A stretch of DNA of 64,000 nucleotides from Planctomycetota bacterium (GTDB lineage Bacteria; Planctomycetota; UBA8108; SXIK01), in the NCBI GenBank assembly GCA_965223265.1, contig OZ244999.1, forward strand, positions 8,736,001 to 8,800,000, given 5' to 3'. Below, in pieces: positions 1 to 9,573 of the stretch. The stretch's first letter is position 1. Every line of letters begins with the position of its first letter. A program made the translations under genes and the position numbers. Under the pieces are notes generated by a model. It made no database searches, was not told where the DNA came from, and was given only the letters and a program-made list of their open reading frames with translations.

Positions 1-729
1 GTCGCCCTTGTTGTCGCCGCTTGGCTGACGACGGTTTCGGACACCCGGTGGTTCGCCCGTCTTGGCCGTGTGTGTGGCTTCCTGTGCGCCATGCTCGTGC
101 CTGTTGGTGCGGCGCTGATTCTGGCGACACCGAACGGCGGCGGTTCGAAGTTGGTGTTCGCCGCGCTTGGGACGCACTTCTTTCTGCTGATCCGCTACGA
201 GCAACGTCGCCGCCGCGGGCAGCTGGCAACGAACCAGGTCTCGCCTGCATTCAGGGCGCACGACGCCACGCCAACCGATTCGTTGGCCTCGCGACCAGGA
301 CTGACGACCACCTGTCTCTGTTTGGTGCTCACGGTGGCGATGTGGGGGACGCTGTATCGAATCGGTCGCAGCGTCAAAAGTAGTGCGGCTCCGCTGGGTC
401 GCGTAGTGGCAGCGCTGGATGCTGGAGGCGCGGAGATTCTCGGTTATCAACTTTCTGAGCGCGAGATCGCCGCTGTGGCATGGTACCTTCGCCATCCGTT
501 TCGAGCTTTCAGCTCCGAAGCAGAACTGCGCGAAGAGGTCGGTGCTAAGTCGCGGACACGGCGGGGTCTCGTGATCGAGGAGGGCGAACTCGAACGGCTA
601 CGGCAATCAAAGCGCGGCTTGATCTTGTCAGCCTGGATCGAAAACCTCGCCGTGAATTTGCGTCGCCGGCGGCTGCTCGTGCTCGTGCACGAGCCAGAGG
701 TGCCGGAGAACGTAGGAGGTGATCAGTGA
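1..729 (+). CDS. 3' part of a polytopic membrane protein, possibly an ArnT/GT39-like glycosyltransferase (5' end outside window)
   Basis: Frame is open from base 1 (VALVVAAWLTTVSD...), with several hydrophobic helices then a soluble tail (ILGYQLSEREIAAVAWYL). Its stop overlaps the next start (GTGA, 726-729). Confidence 0.5.
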   Translation, partial: VALVVAAWLTTVSDTRWFARLGRVCGFLCAMLVPVGAALILATPNGGGSKLVFAALGTHFFLLIRYEQRRRRGQLATNQVSPAFRAHDATPTDSLASRPGLTTTCLCLVLTVAMWGTLYRIGRSVKSSAAPLGRVVAALDAGGAEILGYQLSEREIAAVAWYLRHPFRAFSSEAELREEVGAKSRTRRGLVIEEGELERLRQSKRGLILSAWIENLAVNLRRRRLLVLVHEPEVPENVGGDQ

Positions 730-1286
730 GAATCACGAAAGTCTACACGCGGAAGGGAGACGGAGGTGAGACGCAGCTGGGAGGAGGGCAAACGGTCTCC
801 AAGGCGGATGCTCGCATAGCGGCGTGCGGCGCAGTTGACGAGCTCAATAGCTCCATCGGAGTTGTGATCGCGGGTGGGGACGATGCAAGATCGCAGCGCA
901 TGCTGAGCCGGGTGCAAAATGACCTCTTTCATGCTGGGTCCGAATTGTGCATGCTCGAGGAAGATCAGAGAAAGTGGGACATCCCGCGCATCAAGCAGTG
1001 TCATGTGGATGCGCTCGAGAGCGAGATCGACACTCTGCAGCAAGATCTCAAACCGCTGGAGGAGTTTGTCCTTCCCGGCGGAACGCCAACTGCCGCCCAG
1101 CTTCATGTGGCGCGTGCCGTGTGTCGGCGCGCGGAGACCTGTGTGGTTGCACTGGCACAAAGCGAGGCGGTTTCGGCGCCTCTCATTGCTTACCTCAATC
1201 GTCTTTCAGATCTCCTGTTTGTCATGGCACGCCACGACAATTGGACCAACCAGCGTGCGGACGTCCTGTGGGACAAGAAGGCGTGA
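726..1286 (+). CDS. pduO: ATP:cob(I)alamin adenosyltransferase, PduO type
   Basis: Signature KVYTRKGDGGET, GAVDELNSSIG, FVLPGG, LHVARAVCRRAE and YLNRLSDLLFVMAR. Confidence 0.93.
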   Translation: MRITKVYTRKGDGGETQLGGGQTVSKADARIAACGAVDELNSSIGVVIAGGDDARSQRMLSRVQNDLFHAGSELCMLEEDQRKWDIPRIKQCHVDALESEIDTLQQDLKPLEEFVLPGGTPTAAQLHVARAVCRRAETCVVALAQSEAVSAPLIAYLNRLSDLLFVMARHDNWTNQRADVLWDKKA

Positions 1287-1547
1287 GTGTCCAATTCTTG
1301 GACGAGGTGGCGCGTTCTGCTCCGTGTCCGTGCGCGGAACGCTGCTCGCTAGCGGTGAATGCGGCGTAAATGCTGACGTCATCGACCTCGGGCTGCGGCC
1401 TCCGATCGGTGTGTGGTGGCATGTGGGTTGCGGAATGGAGGTGGGGCTCCGTTTCTGCAGAGGAGCACGACAGTCCGGCCGGACGCCGCGTCCAAGCCTC
1501 AGTTCGGTTTGTGTCAGCGCCGGAAACCTCCACCGCAAAGAGCGATC

Positions 1548-1811
1548 ATGCCAAAAAGCGACCATGACTCTGACCGCGACGACACCGAGCAGATGGCTGG
1601 CCAAGCGCCTGCGCCTGTCGCGGAGACGACGTCGATGGTTTCGGCCGACCCATCGGTCGAGGCACGGGCTCGCAAGCGAAAGGACGTTCCGCGTCCAGTA
1701 GGTCGCGTGGAGGTTGGCGTGTTTGAGATCGACTACGATCGGGAAATGGCCTACCTCATCGACGAGGGCCGATTTGGGCCGGAGTGCCGCCCGTTGGGTT
1801 TTAAGAAGTAG
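1548..1811 (+). CDS. Small hypothetical protein (87 aa), acidic low-complexity N-terminus, possible folded C-terminus
   Basis: ATG at 1548 within ORF 1413-1811; ends 16 bp before the ATG of the actin-like gene; C-terminus VGRVEVGVFEIDYDREMAYLIDEGRFGPECRPLGFKK. Confidence 0.55.
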   Translation: MPKSDHDSDRDDTEQMAGQAPAPVAETTSMVSADPSVEARARKRKDVPRPVGRVEVGVFEIDYDREMAYLIDEGRFGPECRPLGFKK

Positions 1812-1827
1812 GGGAAGTGTTGCGGCA

Positions 1828-2889
1828 ATGCGGCATGAAGCACTAGTGGCATCTTCTGACGGGGGAGCCCCGCGCGTTGGCGTCGATTTCGGCAGCTGCG
1901 AAACCAAGCTGGCCTTGCCGTTCGCCTCGACGGCGCCGCAGCCGCATTATCTTCATGTGCCGACGCTCATCAGCTACTCCCGGCCTGAAGCCGAGCCGAT
2001 TCAATTCTCCTGTATCGGCAATGCTGCTGTGGATCGGCGAGACCATCTCGACCTGCAGAATCCACTGACGGTCCCCGCCGCGGAGCGTGGCCGCGTGCTC
2101 AAAGACTTCGCCATGCACCTCCGCGATCTGATGCAGAAGCGGAAAGAGCCGAGCGCGTGGGGCGTTGTTGGGTGTCCGAGCGATTTGGACGGTCCGGAGG
2201 CGATGGCGCGCCGAATGCTAGCGAACGAGCTCTTCGAGCGTGTTGTTTTCGTCGACGACATGTTCCTTACCGCGCTCTCGGTGGCGTCACAGGAGGTGCG
2301 GCAACACAGCATTCTGGTGGACGTCGGCCACGCTTCGATTCGCGGGGTCTTGATGCAGGGAATCGCTCCCGACGCGGAGCATCGAGTTCATGTCGATTTC
2401 GGCTGCGATCGGCTCGTCGATGCCGTCGGAAAGGCATTGTTGCTGCGCTATCCTGAGCTTGTGTTGACGGACGTCACGCTCGAGCGCCTGAAACGGAAGC
2501 TTGCGTTCGTGCACCCGGCGCGCCGGCGGTGTAGATTGCGGCTACGCTTCCGAGGCCGAGCCAAGTTGATCGACGTCACCAGGGCGGTCGAGGAGGCGTG
2601 TGCGCGCATAGTCGGTCCGGTTCTCAAGGCGACTCGCGAGATTCTTGCGCGTTGTCCGTCCGACGACATCGAGTCGTTTCAGCGCCACATTCTCCTGGTC
2701 GGGGGCGGTGCACACATTCCTGGTCTCGCAGCCCGCGTCCAGGACGAGCTTCGTGCGGACGGCTTTGAGTGCGCACGCGTGCGGTCGGCAAAGAACGCGT
2801 CTCGCTTGGTCGCCCGCGGTGCGTTCGAGTGGGCTCAGCAGCTGCCGCCCGAGGAGTGGTCGATTCCGCTGTTCTCGTTCGCCGAGTGA
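1828..2889 (+). CDS. Actin-like ATPase of the MamK-like clade (divergent)
   Basis: Phosphate-1 VGVDFGS, phosphate-2 ILVDVG and adenosine LLVGGGAHIPGL motifs. MamK-like segments GNAAVDRRDHLDLQNPL, LLRYPEL, DVTRAVEEAC and GAFEWAQQLPPEEW. Confidence 0.8.
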   Translation: MRHEALVASSDGGAPRVGVDFGSCETKLALPFASTAPQPHYLHVPTLISYSRPEAEPIQFSCIGNAAVDRRDHLDLQNPLTVPAAERGRVLKDFAMHLRDLMQKRKEPSAWGVVGCPSDLDGPEAMARRMLANELFERVVFVDDMFLTALSVASQEVRQHSILVDVGHASIRGVLMQGIAPDAEHRVHVDFGCDRLVDAVGKALLLRYPELVLTDVTLERLKRKLAFVHPARRRCRLRLRFRGRAKLIDVTRAVEEACARIVGPVLKATREILARCPSDDIESFQRHILLVGGGAHIPGLAARVQDELRADGFECARVRSAKNASRLVARGAFEWAQQLPPEEWSIPLFSFAE

Positions 2890-3175
2890 GCACAGCCACC
2901 CTCGAGCGGATTCTGCCCATGTCTCGAGCAGGGGGGAGTCGTTTTTTGCCGACCTCTTTTGCGCGCGTTGCGGTTAAACTGCGGTTTCCGAGAGAGCCCG
3001 CCGGCTCGCGCAGAAACATTGCTTGGCGCTTCAGTCGCCACCGGTGAGTGGCCGAAGAGGACGACGGGGCGAGCTTTCTGAAGCATCCGCCGAGGGCTTG
3101 GATCTTTTTCGCCGTCAGCTACTCGATTGCAGAGCGGCCAGCGGGCTGCTGCTAAGTTAGGACCTGCCGAGACCT

Positions 3176-4006
3176 GTGACGACGCCATCCGAAGTCGGGA
3201 TTTACGATTCTCACATGCACACACCGCTGTGCCGGCATGCAGTCGGCGAGCCGAGCGAGTATGCCGCCGTTGCGTCGGAGCAGGGGTTTACCGGAATCAT
3301 CTTCACCTGCCACAACCCGACGAACGACGGTTGGTCCCCCCAGGTGCGAATGCAGCTCGAGGAGCTCGACACGTACCTTGAGATGGTTGCCGCGGCGCGA
3401 GCTGAGTGGGAAGGACGGCTCGACGTGCTCCTCGGCCTCGAGAGCGACTACTTTCCTGGCGCCGAGAGATGGCTTGAAGAGTTGCATGGCCGCGCATCGT
3501 TTCACTACGTCCTCGGGTCTGTGCATCCACACCTGCCGCAGTATCGTGAGCGCTATTACACGGGCGACGACGACGCCTTCCGCCTCACCTATTTCGAGCA
3601 CCTGGCGTTGGCGGCAGAGTCAGGGCTGTTCGATTGCCTGGCGCATCCCGACCTCGTAAAGAATGAACGGCCTGCGACATGGAATGCTACCGACCTCTTG
3701 CATCGCATCAGACCTTTTCTTGATCGCATTGCGGCGACCGGAATCGCGATGGAACTCAACACGTCGGGACTCAACAAGCGCCTGCCAGAGATGAACCCAG
3801 GGCCAGAATTGCTCCGTGAGATGCGAGAGCGCGGTATCCCGGTCGTCGTCGGTTCAGACGCGCACCACCCGCGCCGCGTCGGCGCAGACTTCGGCGCAGC
3901 GTTCGACCAGTTGGTGGCGGCTGGGTACTCGCATGTCAGTCGTTTCGTCGAGCGTGAGCGTCAGGACGTTCCGATTGGCGATCTACGCGTAGCACTGCCG
4001 TCGTGA
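3176..4006 (+). CDS. PHP-family histidinol-phosphatase (HisJ/HisK family)
   Basis: DSHMHTPLCRHAVG, FTCHNP, GLESDY, VLGSVH, LAHPDLVK, ELNTSGL and GSDAHHP motifs. Confidence 0.88.
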   Translation: MTTPSEVGIYDSHMHTPLCRHAVGEPSEYAAVASEQGFTGIIFTCHNPTNDGWSPQVRMQLEELDTYLEMVAAARAEWEGRLDVLLGLESDYFPGAERWLEELHGRASFHYVLGSVHPHLPQYRERYYTGDDDAFRLTYFEHLALAAESGLFDCLAHPDLVKNERPATWNATDLLHRIRPFLDRIAATGIAMELNTSGLNKRLPEMNPGPELLREMRERGIPVVVGSDAHHPRRVGADFGAAFDQLVAAGYSHVSRFVERERQDVPIGDLRVALPS

Positions 4007-4155
4007 TTCCAGGTGCGGGGCCGAGTTCTCTGTCGGGAACGCGGATCCGTCCAGCGCCGCGTTGGGCGGTTGGGACATTGGGCTGCGTTTCGGACCAGTG
4101 CGCTCGCGCCATATGAGTGTGCAAACGCACTAGTCCGACACTTCGCGTAGATTGC

Positions 4156-4602
4156 CTACGCGTGATCCGACTCGAGCTCGCGAGCCGGAAGCGTGATCTG
4201 CTGTAGGCGCCAACCGGTTGGCGACAGGCTGAACTTTCGACTGTGCGTGAGCGTCGTTTCAATCGCTTGACGCAGTCCGGCAGTCGACTTGCGTTTCGCC
4301 TCGACTTGAGCTTTGACCTTCGAGAACAGGTCGTCCTCGGACACTGCACCATCGACCCGAAGAATTGCCTCGATCGCATCCTCGAGACCGCGTGAGGTCA
4401 TTTGCTGCTGCTTGCTCGTCTTCTTCGCTGGCGAGCGCTTGGACGTGCGGCTCTTGCCCTCGAGGCCAGAGATGCCGGCTTGGATGCGGCGAATCTCCTT
4501 CTGCAGCTGCTGTTCCTCCTTCTTGAGTTCAGCCAGCCGTTCTCGGGCGCGCTGTTCTTCCGCCTTCAGCTCTGCGACGACGTTCGTGATCTTCGTATCC
4601 AC
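4156..4602 (-). CDS. Coiled coil + basic linker + putative winged-helix DNA-binding protein (148 aa)
   Basis: GTG start with AGGAGG RBS 8 nt upstream. Heptad-rich N-terminus (ELKAEEQRARERLAELKKEEQQLQKEIRRIQ), K/S/R-rich linker, C-terminal helices plus beta-hairpin ending FSLSPTGWRL. Confidence 0.7.
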   Translation of the reverse strand: MDTKITNVVAELKAEEQRARERLAELKKEEQQLQKEIRRIQAGISGLEGKSRTSKRSPAKKTSKQQQMTSRGLEDAIEAILRVDGAVSEDDLFSKVKAQVEAKRKSTAGLRQAIETTLTHSRKFSLSPTGWRLQQITLPARELESDHA

Positions 4603-4818
4603 TCTCGGTACCTCCTGATCGGGTGACTCAGATCGCGCGCCGCCGCCAACCGTGGCCACTGCCACGGCGGAGCGTTCACGCCTTTCCCAAGTCTTCCTGC
4701 CGGCGAGCATGGCGTCGACCGAATTGGATTATCGGAACCAATTGCGGCGCTGTCGCCGCATTCGGCGGTCGCATCGCTATGGATCGCTATCGGCGGTTGG
4801 TAGCTGAGTCGAGGCCGA

Positions 4819-5613
4819 TCAGTAGCGGGCCGTCTCCGAATCGGCGGCGAGCCCAAGTTCGTTGACTGCAGCCTTGGCACCTCGATTCAGGAAGAAGAGA
4901 TCGCTTCCGAGGGCGATAAAACGCCAGCCTTCCGCAACCCGGCGCTGAACGGCCTCGACGCTGCCGGTATGGAGTCCCGGCGCAACGCCGTGACGCTCCG
5001 CCGCCGTGCGCAGAGTCTCGAGAGCATCGCAGAACTCCTGGGAGTCGCTTTCCATCGCCGGCGTTCTTCCCATCGACTGAAGCAGATCGTTGGGGCCGAT
5101 GAAAATCGCATCGACCCCCGGCGTTGAGCAAATCTCGTCAGCGTTTTCGACGGCCTTGACATGCTCTGTCTGGACCGCGACAAAGATTTCCTCGCTGGCG
5201 CGGGCGTAGTAATCGGCAGGTGCCGCGCCGTAGTTGAGGCAGTGCAGGCTGCCGCCAACACTGCGATTGCCGTGTGGATGGTAGCGTGTCGCCGCAACTG
5301 CGTGTTCGGCTTCTTCGCGGCTGTTCACCATCGGGACGACGATTCCCTGCGCGCCGTTGTCGAGAACACGCTTGATGTGGTCGTGTGAATTGCACGGTAC
5401 TCGCGCCAGCGGGGTACAGCCGGCATCGGCGATTTGTGCAAACATGAGTGCTGCAGTTTCCCAGTTGACTGGGCTGTGTTCGATATCGACAGTTAGCCAC
5501 GGAAAACCGCTCCGCGCCATGAACCGCGCCACGATGGGGCTGCACGTGCTGAGCCATGTCCCGACCTGCGATTCGCCACGCGCGAGCGCCGCTTTCACTT
5601 GATTCGATCTCAT
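4819..5613 (-). CDS. HpcH/HpaI-family pyruvate-dependent aldolase (GarL-like)
   Basis: GTWL, WLTVDIEHSP, LARVP, KRVLDNGAQGIVVPMV, VQTEH and IFIGPNDL motifs; ATG at 5613 with AGGAG RBS. Confidence 0.9.
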   Translation of the reverse strand: MRSNQVKAALARGESQVGTWLSTCSPIVARFMARSGFPWLTVDIEHSPVNWETAALMFAQIADAGCTPLARVPCNSHDHIKRVLDNGAQGIVVPMVNSREEAEHAVAATRYHPHGNRSVGGSLHCLNYGAAPADYYARASEEIFVAVQTEHVKAVENADEICSTPGVDAIFIGPNDLLQSMGRTPAMESDSQEFCDALETLRTAAERHGVAPGLHTGSVEAVQRRVAEGWRFIALGSDLFFLNRGAKAAVNELGLAADSETARY

Positions 5614-5834
5614 AGAAGTTCTCCTGAGTGGTCCGATGACGAGCGGCGCGCGGCGGTCGAGCTTGGACCCCAACACGGCTTTCGCTCCGCCGGGCGAACT
5701 GTTCTCGCGGACACTTCGCTGCGGAGGTTCAAATTCGAGTCTAACGGAGGTGGCCGCCGGTTGACAAGGTCGCCTGGAACGATTCGATAGTGGTCGGCGT
5801 TCTGGAGAAGTGATCGACGACACGCGGAGAAGCA

Positions 5835-7454
5835 ATGGGCGACAACGACGATAGGCCAGTGGTGACGGACCGCGATGAGATGGGCACGGAGGAGAGAGAC
5901 TCCGTGCGCGGTTTTTGGTGGGCAACAGCGATCTCGCTTCTGGCGCTGTGTCTTGTGCTGACGATTTGTTCGTTCACGTTTGTCCACGGTGAGAATCATA
6001 CAGAGCGCCCGATTGTCGAGGTTGTTTTGCTGCTCGTTTTTGGTGGTGCGCTCTATTCCTTGGCTGCAGCTCGATCTCGGTCGTCGGCTCCGGCGCTTCG
6101 ATGGGTCGTTGTCATCGGAGTCGCGTGTCGAGTGATCTTGCTGGTGGGCAGCCCCATTCAAGAGGATGACATCTACCGCTACATTTGGGATGGCCAAGTC
6201 GCGAGTCTGGGAGTGTCGCCGTACGCCCACGCACCAGCAGACGTGGCTGCCGCTGCGCTAGAACTCGGGCTTGCAGAGTTTACGCTCGGCTCTCCCAGCG
6301 CGGACGAAGAGGCTGCTGGCGAGCGCCTGGGCTTCGGCCCGGACTTGGTGAGACTGGCACATGCCTCTCGGCGTGCAGCTTTAGCGCCTATTTTCTCCAA
6401 GATCAATCACCCGGAGTATCTCACCGTCTACCCGCCGGTGACCCAAGGCGTCTTTGCGCTTCATGCGGCGCTTGTTCCAGCAAATTGGGGTGTCCATGCG
6501 CATTTGGTCGCAATGAAGGCGCTCCTCACCGCGATCGACTGCGGTGTCATCATCGTTTTGATTGGCCTCTTGCGACACTGCGGTCTGGCACCCGGCCTCG
6601 TCCTCTTCTACGCCTGGTGCCCGATCGTGCTGAAGGAGATCGCCAACTCGGGTCACATGGACGCGATACCAACGCTTCTCCTCGTCGCGGCGGTGCGCTC
6701 ACTCGTCAGCGGACGTAGTTTACTAGCCGGCCTCATGCTCGGAGCAGCGATCGGCGCCAAATTCTACGCCCTGGTTTTGCTGCCGATTTTTCTATGGCGG
6801 CTCGGGTGGCGAAGTGGAGTGATCTGCGCCGCCGGCACCATGATGGTCCTCGCCGCCGTACACTTCGGCATCGGATCAGGGATCGAGGCGTACCGCGGTA
6901 CACTTGTGGCGTTCTCCCTCAATTGGGAAAACAACGACGCGGTTTTCACCGGAATCTCCGCGTTCTGGTCGAGTCTTTTCGAAACCGAGAAGAGCGTAAC
7001 GATCTCGGTGGGCTCGTTCTCGCACACCGCGACGCTGTCGCACCTCTTCTCTTTGGCGACGGCGGTCGCAGTCACCGGGGCCGTCCTCGTGTCGACACTT
7101 CACCGCCTACGTACCGCGACGTCGCGAGAGGTCGTTCGGCGTGTTTTTCTTCTGCTCGTCACTCTCGTTCTCGTCGGGCCGGTTGGATTTCCTTGGTACT
7201 TCATCTGGTGTCTCCCCTTCATCGCCTGGACGCACCTACGCAGCTGGACGCTGCTCGCGTGTGTACTGCCGCTCTACTACCTTCGGTTCTGGTTCGCATA
7301 CCACTACGAGGAAGGCCTGGCTGGATTCGAGTACGGACCTGAGTTTTTCGACTTCGTGGTCGTGCCTATTGAGTTCGGCGTGCTCTTCGCGGCACTGATC
7401 GTCGAGGCGGCGCTCGCGCGGCGTCGGCAGGCGCAGGAGACCGAGCGCGTGTGA
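5835..7454 (+). CDS. GT-C fold membrane glycosyltransferase (GT87/DUF2029-like)
   Basis: EDDIYRYIWDG, INHPEYLTVYPP, YAWCPIVLKEIANSGHMD, AKFY and FPWYFIW motifs; many TM segments. Start may be 5880. Confidence 0.8.
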   Translation: MGDNDDRPVVTDRDEMGTEERDSVRGFWWATAISLLALCLVLTICSFTFVHGENHTERPIVEVVLLLVFGGALYSLAAARSRSSAPALRWVVVIGVACRVILLVGSPIQEDDIYRYIWDGQVASLGVSPYAHAPADVAAAALELGLAEFTLGSPSADEEAAGERLGFGPDLVRLAHASRRAALAPIFSKINHPEYLTVYPPVTQGVFALHAALVPANWGVHAHLVAMKALLTAIDCGVIIVLIGLLRHCGLAPGLVLFYAWCPIVLKEIANSGHMDAIPTLLLVAAVRSLVSGRSLLAGLMLGAAIGAKFYALVLLPIFLWRLGWRSGVICAAGTMMVLAAVHFGIGSGIEAYRGTLVAFSLNWENNDAVFTGISAFWSSLFETEKSVTISVGSFSHTATLSHLFSLATAVAVTGAVLVSTLHRLRTATSREVVRRVFLLLVTLVLVGPVGFPWYFIWCLPFIAWTHLRSWTLLACVLPLYYLRFWFAYHYEEGLAGFEYGPEFFDFVVVPIEFGVLFAALIVEAALARRRQAQETERV

Positions 7455-7489
7455 GTGAGGGGCGTTCTTGAAGTGGCGGGCGCGCGTTT

Positions 7490-7600
7490 TGTTGCCGTCT
7501 GTTTGTGTGGGCTATTGCGATTGCGTGTGCGTGGGGGTTTGCGTGGGCGTGAGCGTCAGCGTGTGCGTGGCAGTATTTTGCTTCTGCCTCTCCGCCGTGC
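7490..7600. repeat. Degenerate intergenic hexamer-period tract (GCGTGT/GCGATT then TCTGCC)
   Basis: attgcgattgcgtgtgcgtgggggtttgcgtgggcgtgagcgtcagcgtgtgcgtgg...cttctgcctctcc between convergent genes. Confidence 0.6.
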
Positions 7601-7679
7601 TCGAACCTCTCAAGAGTGCCCCCGCTGCGCTCGGCGCTTCGCGCTCTGCGTGAGTGTGTGGAGACGTCCCAGTCGAGTC

Positions 7680-8384
7680 TCACCCCGGCGGTCGGCGCAG
7701 CGGGCGGATTTCGACTTGGCTGATGCACGTCGCTGCTGGTGTGGTCAGGATCGCATGGCAGACCTCACCGACTTCTTCTGGTTTCACTTTCCACGAATGG
7801 TCGGTGTCGGCATTGTGCCGGTGAGATTCGCTGTCGACCGAGCCAGGGAAAATGGTCGCAACGCGGATTCCGTCGTCGCGGACTTCGTGGAAGAGTGATT
7901 CGGAAAACCCGGTGACCGCGTACTTGGTCGCCGCATAGCCGCTGCCTCCGGGAAGTGGCACACGGCCTGAAATCGATGAGACGTTGATGACAACGCCACT
8001 TCTCTGTCGCTTCAGGTGCGGAAGCACGCTGCGGGTTGCATAGAAGAGACCGTTGACGTTGGTCTCCACCATCGCGTGCCATTCATCTAAGGAAAGTGTC
8101 GACGCGTCTTTGCGGATCACCAAGCCGGCGTTGTTGATCAATGCGTCGACCCCCTGCAACTCGGCGACGATATGTTCTACAGCGGCGTGTGTCTCTTGCC
8201 AGCTGCGCAGATCGCACGGCGCCGCCGCGCAGCGGCCGAGTCGGTGCACACCGCACGCAGCGCTGAGCTCGTCTAAAAGCTCGCTGGAGCGAGCTATGAG
8301 GCCGAGGTCGTGACCCTTCGCAGCCAGCGCCGCCGCGATGCCACGACCGATTCCCTTGCTGGCACCCGTGATGATCACTTTCAC
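7680..8384 (-). CDS. Short-chain dehydrogenase/reductase
   Basis: TGASKGIG, INNAG, NVSSISG and YAATK motifs; start overlaps the acyl-CoA dehydrogenase stop (GTGA). Confidence 0.92.
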   Translation of the reverse strand: MKVIITGASKGIGRGIAAALAAKGHDLGLIARSSELLDELSAACGVHRLGRCAAAPCDLRSWQETHAAVEHIVAELQGVDALINNAGLVIRKDASTLSLDEWHAMVETNVNGLFYATRSVLPHLKRQRSGVVINVSSISGRVPLPGGSGYAATKYAVTGFSESLFHEVRDDGIRVATIFPGSVDSESHRHNADTDHSWKVKPEEVGEVCHAILTTPAATCISQVEIRPLRRPPG

Positions 8385-9562
8385 GGTTTCGTTCCCTTCG
8401 CTTCCTTGGCTATGGCGCGTGCAATGACCATCCGGTGGACTTCCGACGGACCGTCGTAGATGCGGAACGCGCGTGACTCGGTCGCCATCTGGGCGAGAGG
8501 TAGCTCGGTGCTGATTCCCAGCGAGCCACAGATTTGAATCGCCCGATCGATCGTCCGATGCACCGCTTCAGCGACGAACACTTTGCACATCGACGTCTCG
8601 AGTCGGGCCTCGCTGCCAGCATCGAGCTTCGCCGCGGCATCGGCGATCATGAGCCGTGACGCATGCAGCTCAGTCTGACTGTCGGAGAGCATCCAGCCGA
8701 CACCCTGATGCTCTGCGAGGGTTTTACCGAAGGCTTCCCGCTCGATGGCCCGCTGCGTCGCGATCTCCAGAGCCCGGGTGGCGGCGCCGAGCCAACGCAT
8801 GCAGTGGGTCATGCGTGCAGGACCAAGGCGCCGCTGCATGAGCGCGTAGCCTTGACCGACGTCGCCGAGAACGGCGTTGTCGTCAACCGCACAGGCGGTC
8901 AGCTTCACTTCGCAGTGACCGCCTGGCGTTGCGTGTCCGAGCGTGGGAACCTCGCGTACGACCTCAAAGCCGTCCGCCTCCGCGTCGACAAGAAACAACG
9001 TCATGGCGTCGCGTGGTGGCGCATTCGGGTCGCTGACGCACGCGACGATCGCGAAGGCCGCGCCTACCGCGCCTGTGGAGAACCACTTGTGACCGTCGAG
9101 CACCCACTGATCTCCTCGGCGCACAGCCCGTGATCGCATCATGCGCGGATCTGATCCGGCTCCCGGAGCGGGTTCCGTCATGCAGAACGTCGAGCGGATT
9201 CTGCCCTGCGCTAGTGGCTCCAAGTAGCGTGCTTTCTGCTCCGGCGACGCGGCCAAGTGCAAAACGTGAGCGTTTCCCTCGTCGGGTGCGGCGCAGCCGA
9301 GACACAACGGGCCGAGGAGGCTTCGTCCGGCTGCCTCGAGCATTGGGAACGCTTGGCTCAGGTTCAGTCCGAGCCCTCCTACCTCGCATGGCAACTGCGG
9401 CGCCCAGAGGCCGCTATCCTTGGCGCGCGACTGGACGGTCGCAATCTGGGCCGCGGCGGCGTCACTGCTCAGCGCCTCGAGCGGCAGCACGAAGTGATTG
9501 ACGAATTCCCGGACGCGCGACGCGAGATCGTCGCTGCTGCGGTCGGTTTTCACCCCATCCAT
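8381..9562 (-). CDS. Acyl-CoA dehydrogenase, ACAD10/11 / LvaC-like subgroup
   Basis: CAAPDEGNAHVL, FCMTEPAPGAGSDP, GHKWFSTGA, QRRLGPARMTHCMRWLG and RIYDGPSEVHR motifs. Confidence 0.9.
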   Translation of the reverse strand: MDGVKTDRSSDDLASRVREFVNHFVLPLEALSSDAAAAQIATVQSRAKDSGLWAPQLPCEVGGLGLNLSQAFPMLEAAGRSLLGPLCLGCAAPDEGNAHVLHLAASPEQKARYLEPLAQGRIRSTFCMTEPAPGAGSDPRMMRSRAVRRGDQWVLDGHKWFSTGAVGAAFAIVACVSDPNAPPRDAMTLFLVDAEADGFEVVREVPTLGHATPGGHCEVKLTACAVDDNAVLGDVGQGYALMQRRLGPARMTHCMRWLGAATRALEIATQRAIEREAFGKTLAEHQGVGWMLSDSQTELHASRLMIADAAAKLDAGSEARLETSMCKVFVAEAVHRTIDRAIQICGSLGISTELPLAQMATESRAFRIYDGPSEVHRMVIARAIAKEAKGTKP

Positions 9563-9573
9563 GGTCGTTCCGT

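Noticed and set aside
1290-1540. Cobalamin riboswitch or tRNA downstream of pduO
   Set aside because: No B12-box (GCCACTG...GGGAAG) and no cloverleaf with a T-loop.
1828-2889. Magnetosome gene cluster
   Set aside because: No mamA/B/E/I/M/P/Q-like neighbours in the window; a MamK-like gene alone does not show magnetotaxis.
5761-5791. Sigma70 promoter (TTGACA at 5761)
   Set aside because: The best -10 (GATAGT) needs a 19-nt spacer; too weak to call.
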